A stretch of DNA of 63,558 bases, filler included, from Sphacelaria rigidula (lineage: Eukaryota), in assembly GCA_964200075.2 (NCBI GenBank). It is 9 parts of 9 records of this genome, joined end to end, with 100 filler letters (N's around TTAATTAATTAA, not from the genome) between each part and the next. Parts side by side here need not be neighbours in the genome. Positions count along the whole stretch, not along the records: positions 56,588 to 63,558 come from CAXNAA020017138.1; 8 more parts are not named here. The stretch is one strand, 5' to 3'. A program made the position numbers and the translations under genes. Under the pieces are notes generated by a model, which saw nothing but the letters and a program-made list of their open reading frames with translations, did not search any database and was not told the DNA's origin. How positions within the stretch are numbered: position 1 is the first letter of the stretch; every line of letters begins with the position of its first letter. Below are positions 61,521 to 63,558 of this stretch, in pieces.

Positions 61521-63501
61521 GTGTGTCGACCCGCAAATCGCGATTTTCGTCACAGTTGGCCACGCGTCTTCTCTCAACATATGGCCGTATTATCTGCCAT
61601 TGTTCCCCCATGATGAAGAGGACTCTTCTGCGTCTGTAGAACTTCGTTCTTCGCCTGATACCCCCACATCGAAAAGCAGAACCCATTTCCCCCCTACTAC
61701 CAAATAGTCTCGTCCCTCAACGAGAGAAACTGATTTTCATTCTCCCAGCAGTAGCGGAGTTGATTCGCGTGCTACGGTAGAGTCTTCATCGTGTAAATCA
61801 GCGGTTGCGGGGATGCCGACGGATCGGTGACGGATCGGTGACGGATCGGTGACGGTATTAGCCACGGTAGAGTTTTCACCATCATCTCTCTTCATCGCCG
61901 CGCCACAACACCGACATAGTTTTACTACTGCTGCGCCGCCGCTACCATCATTTCCACCCGCCGCCGCGCTACAACACCCATATTTTCCCACTACTGCTGC
62001 GCCGACGCTACTATCATTTCCCATTGCATCATCGCAGCCATCGCCGACAACCCCGAGTCCGACGCAACTGATGCCAATGTCACTGCCGCTACCACCGACA
62101 CAGCCGGCAGCACATCTTCACGCGTGGTATCGTCGGTGCCGGTGGAATGGAGCAGGGGGGCGGTGCCGATCCGATGGAGCAAGAGGACGTATGACCATGG
62201 AATGCAGAGGCCGTAGATAAGCTTTGGAGGACAGTTTACTCCGAATGTGACCATTTCATCCAAGTGTTTATTTGTTGACACCTTCAGCTTGGTAGTATAT
62301 TCATACATTGCGCAATTGTAATTCTGGGTAAGGCTTCGGATCGTTTGATCTTGAATGAAAGCGCATTGATGTGACTACTGTCTCGCTGCAGTGCTTTGAC
62401 TGATGGTGGGTAGAGTACACGTCCCTATTACGGAACAGCACCAATGAAGGAACCTTTTTTTTAAATCGTTCATGAGTCCGCGAAATATGAGACGTTTTCC
62501 ATTCTAGTTTTTGCTGCGTGTGCACAAGAGCACGATGCTTCCTTCGGGCTACTGCACATGCCTTTTACATGGGAAAACACCATCCCGCAGCATTCCAAAT
62601 AAGGGCGTGTATGTCTTTCTTCAAGATCAGCTTTTTGTTCGATCGGCTCCTAAGCATGCAGAGAGCAAGGGTGGACCCAGAACGTGCAGCAGAGGCCGTA
62701 GAAGCGGAACGCAGCGATCGCATGACCTTCCATGCTACTGCAAAGATTTTTGACAATTTCGTTGGTTCGCTGCAGAAGTGTGTCAGTGGTAGCGTGAGCA
62801 TAGCTGGCACGGTTGGTCCGGGTACGGTACTGTCGAGGTAGGAATAAAATTCCATCAAAGATATGCTGAAGTTTGCCGCAGCTCGTCAACGGGCCTGAAT
62901 AGAGATGGTCTGAAACAGGCGGATATGGCACGCTGGAGCGACAATCGACCGGTGCCATAGAACCCGACAGCAGGCTTAGATCGAAAATGGCTCGACTTCT
63001 TCCTTCGTTGGCACACGCGGCTAGATGAGCGCAGCAACCGCACCTACAAGGCCGACAGGGTGGTGCGGCCGACGAAGAAGGTCGCATGCCGGAGTTCATG
63101 CGGCCTGTGAGAACTACGTGGACAAGGAGAAGCCAGCAACCGACCACAGATGGAACACTAACGAGACAGGTTCTTTACTGTCTGTCAAGAGCCGTTCCGT
63201 TTATGTGACACACTCATGTGTCTAGAGCTAGAGCCAGGGGCTGTTGCTGTGGAGTGGTGTTCGTCTGCTCTCAATCATGCTGCGTTTAAAACGAAATTAT
63301 TTTCGCCGCATTCTTCGCCGACAAAGCACTTGGCATCTGCCTGCTCGTTGCTGTCTCGGCGTGTTCTGTTGAATGCAATTACTCTTTATAGAGGTCCTGC
63401 CTATACTGTCTGTAGAGGTGTTGCAAGTACCGCGGTCAGAGGTGGTGCCGGTGCTATGCGTGCCACCCGATACTCGACGTACTACTCTGTACCGTGCTCC
63501 G

Positions 63502-63502
<1 letters not shown>

Positions 63503-63544
<42 letters not shown>
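63503..63544. repeat. poly(C) tract
   Basis: About 42 consecutive C; similar runs sit near other contig ends (7075, 21240, 42299). Confidence 0.95.
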
Positions 63545-63558
63545 AGGAAACCTTTGCC

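Noticed and set aside
62640-62960. Protein-like frame (MQRARVDPERAAEAVEAERSDR...)
   Set aside because: No recognisable family, and the only splice solution needs an implausible intron of about 23 nt.

Overview
This window is not one locus. It is nine probably unrelated contigs of about 7 kb, ordered by decreasing length (6974 to 6971 bp) and joined by artificial 100-bp spacers (44 N + TTAATTAATTAA + 44 N). The DNA is eukaryotic, intron-rich and repeat-rich, and most consistent with a brown alga (Phaeophyceae); that taxonomic call is an inference. Genes, all partial: a Pmp-like GGA/FxxN beta-helix surface protein, a COQ1/SPS3-type trans-prenyltransferase (4 exons), an HSPBAP1-like JmjC protein (6 exons), the last exon of a GST ending in WWWW, and a ubiquitin-like domain fused through RLRGG to an uncharacterised KPVILLYP/YLFWEA domain. 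Mobile DNA: a deleted chromodomain Gypsy element nested in the gag of another Gypsy, a lone gag ORF, a decayed Copia, a LINE, a hAT remnant, several MITE families and several retroposon 3' tails. The most interesting signals are (1) a ~210-bp TG...CA MITE with 4-5-bp TSDs carrying telomere-like CCCTAA repeats, (2) two retroposon families sharing an ATGAGTAC-(C)n end and sitting in G/C homopolymer runs, (3) the ubiquitin-fusion gene and (4) an orphan FEN/XPG-like PIN ORF. No CRISPR array, rRNA or intact tRNA is supported.
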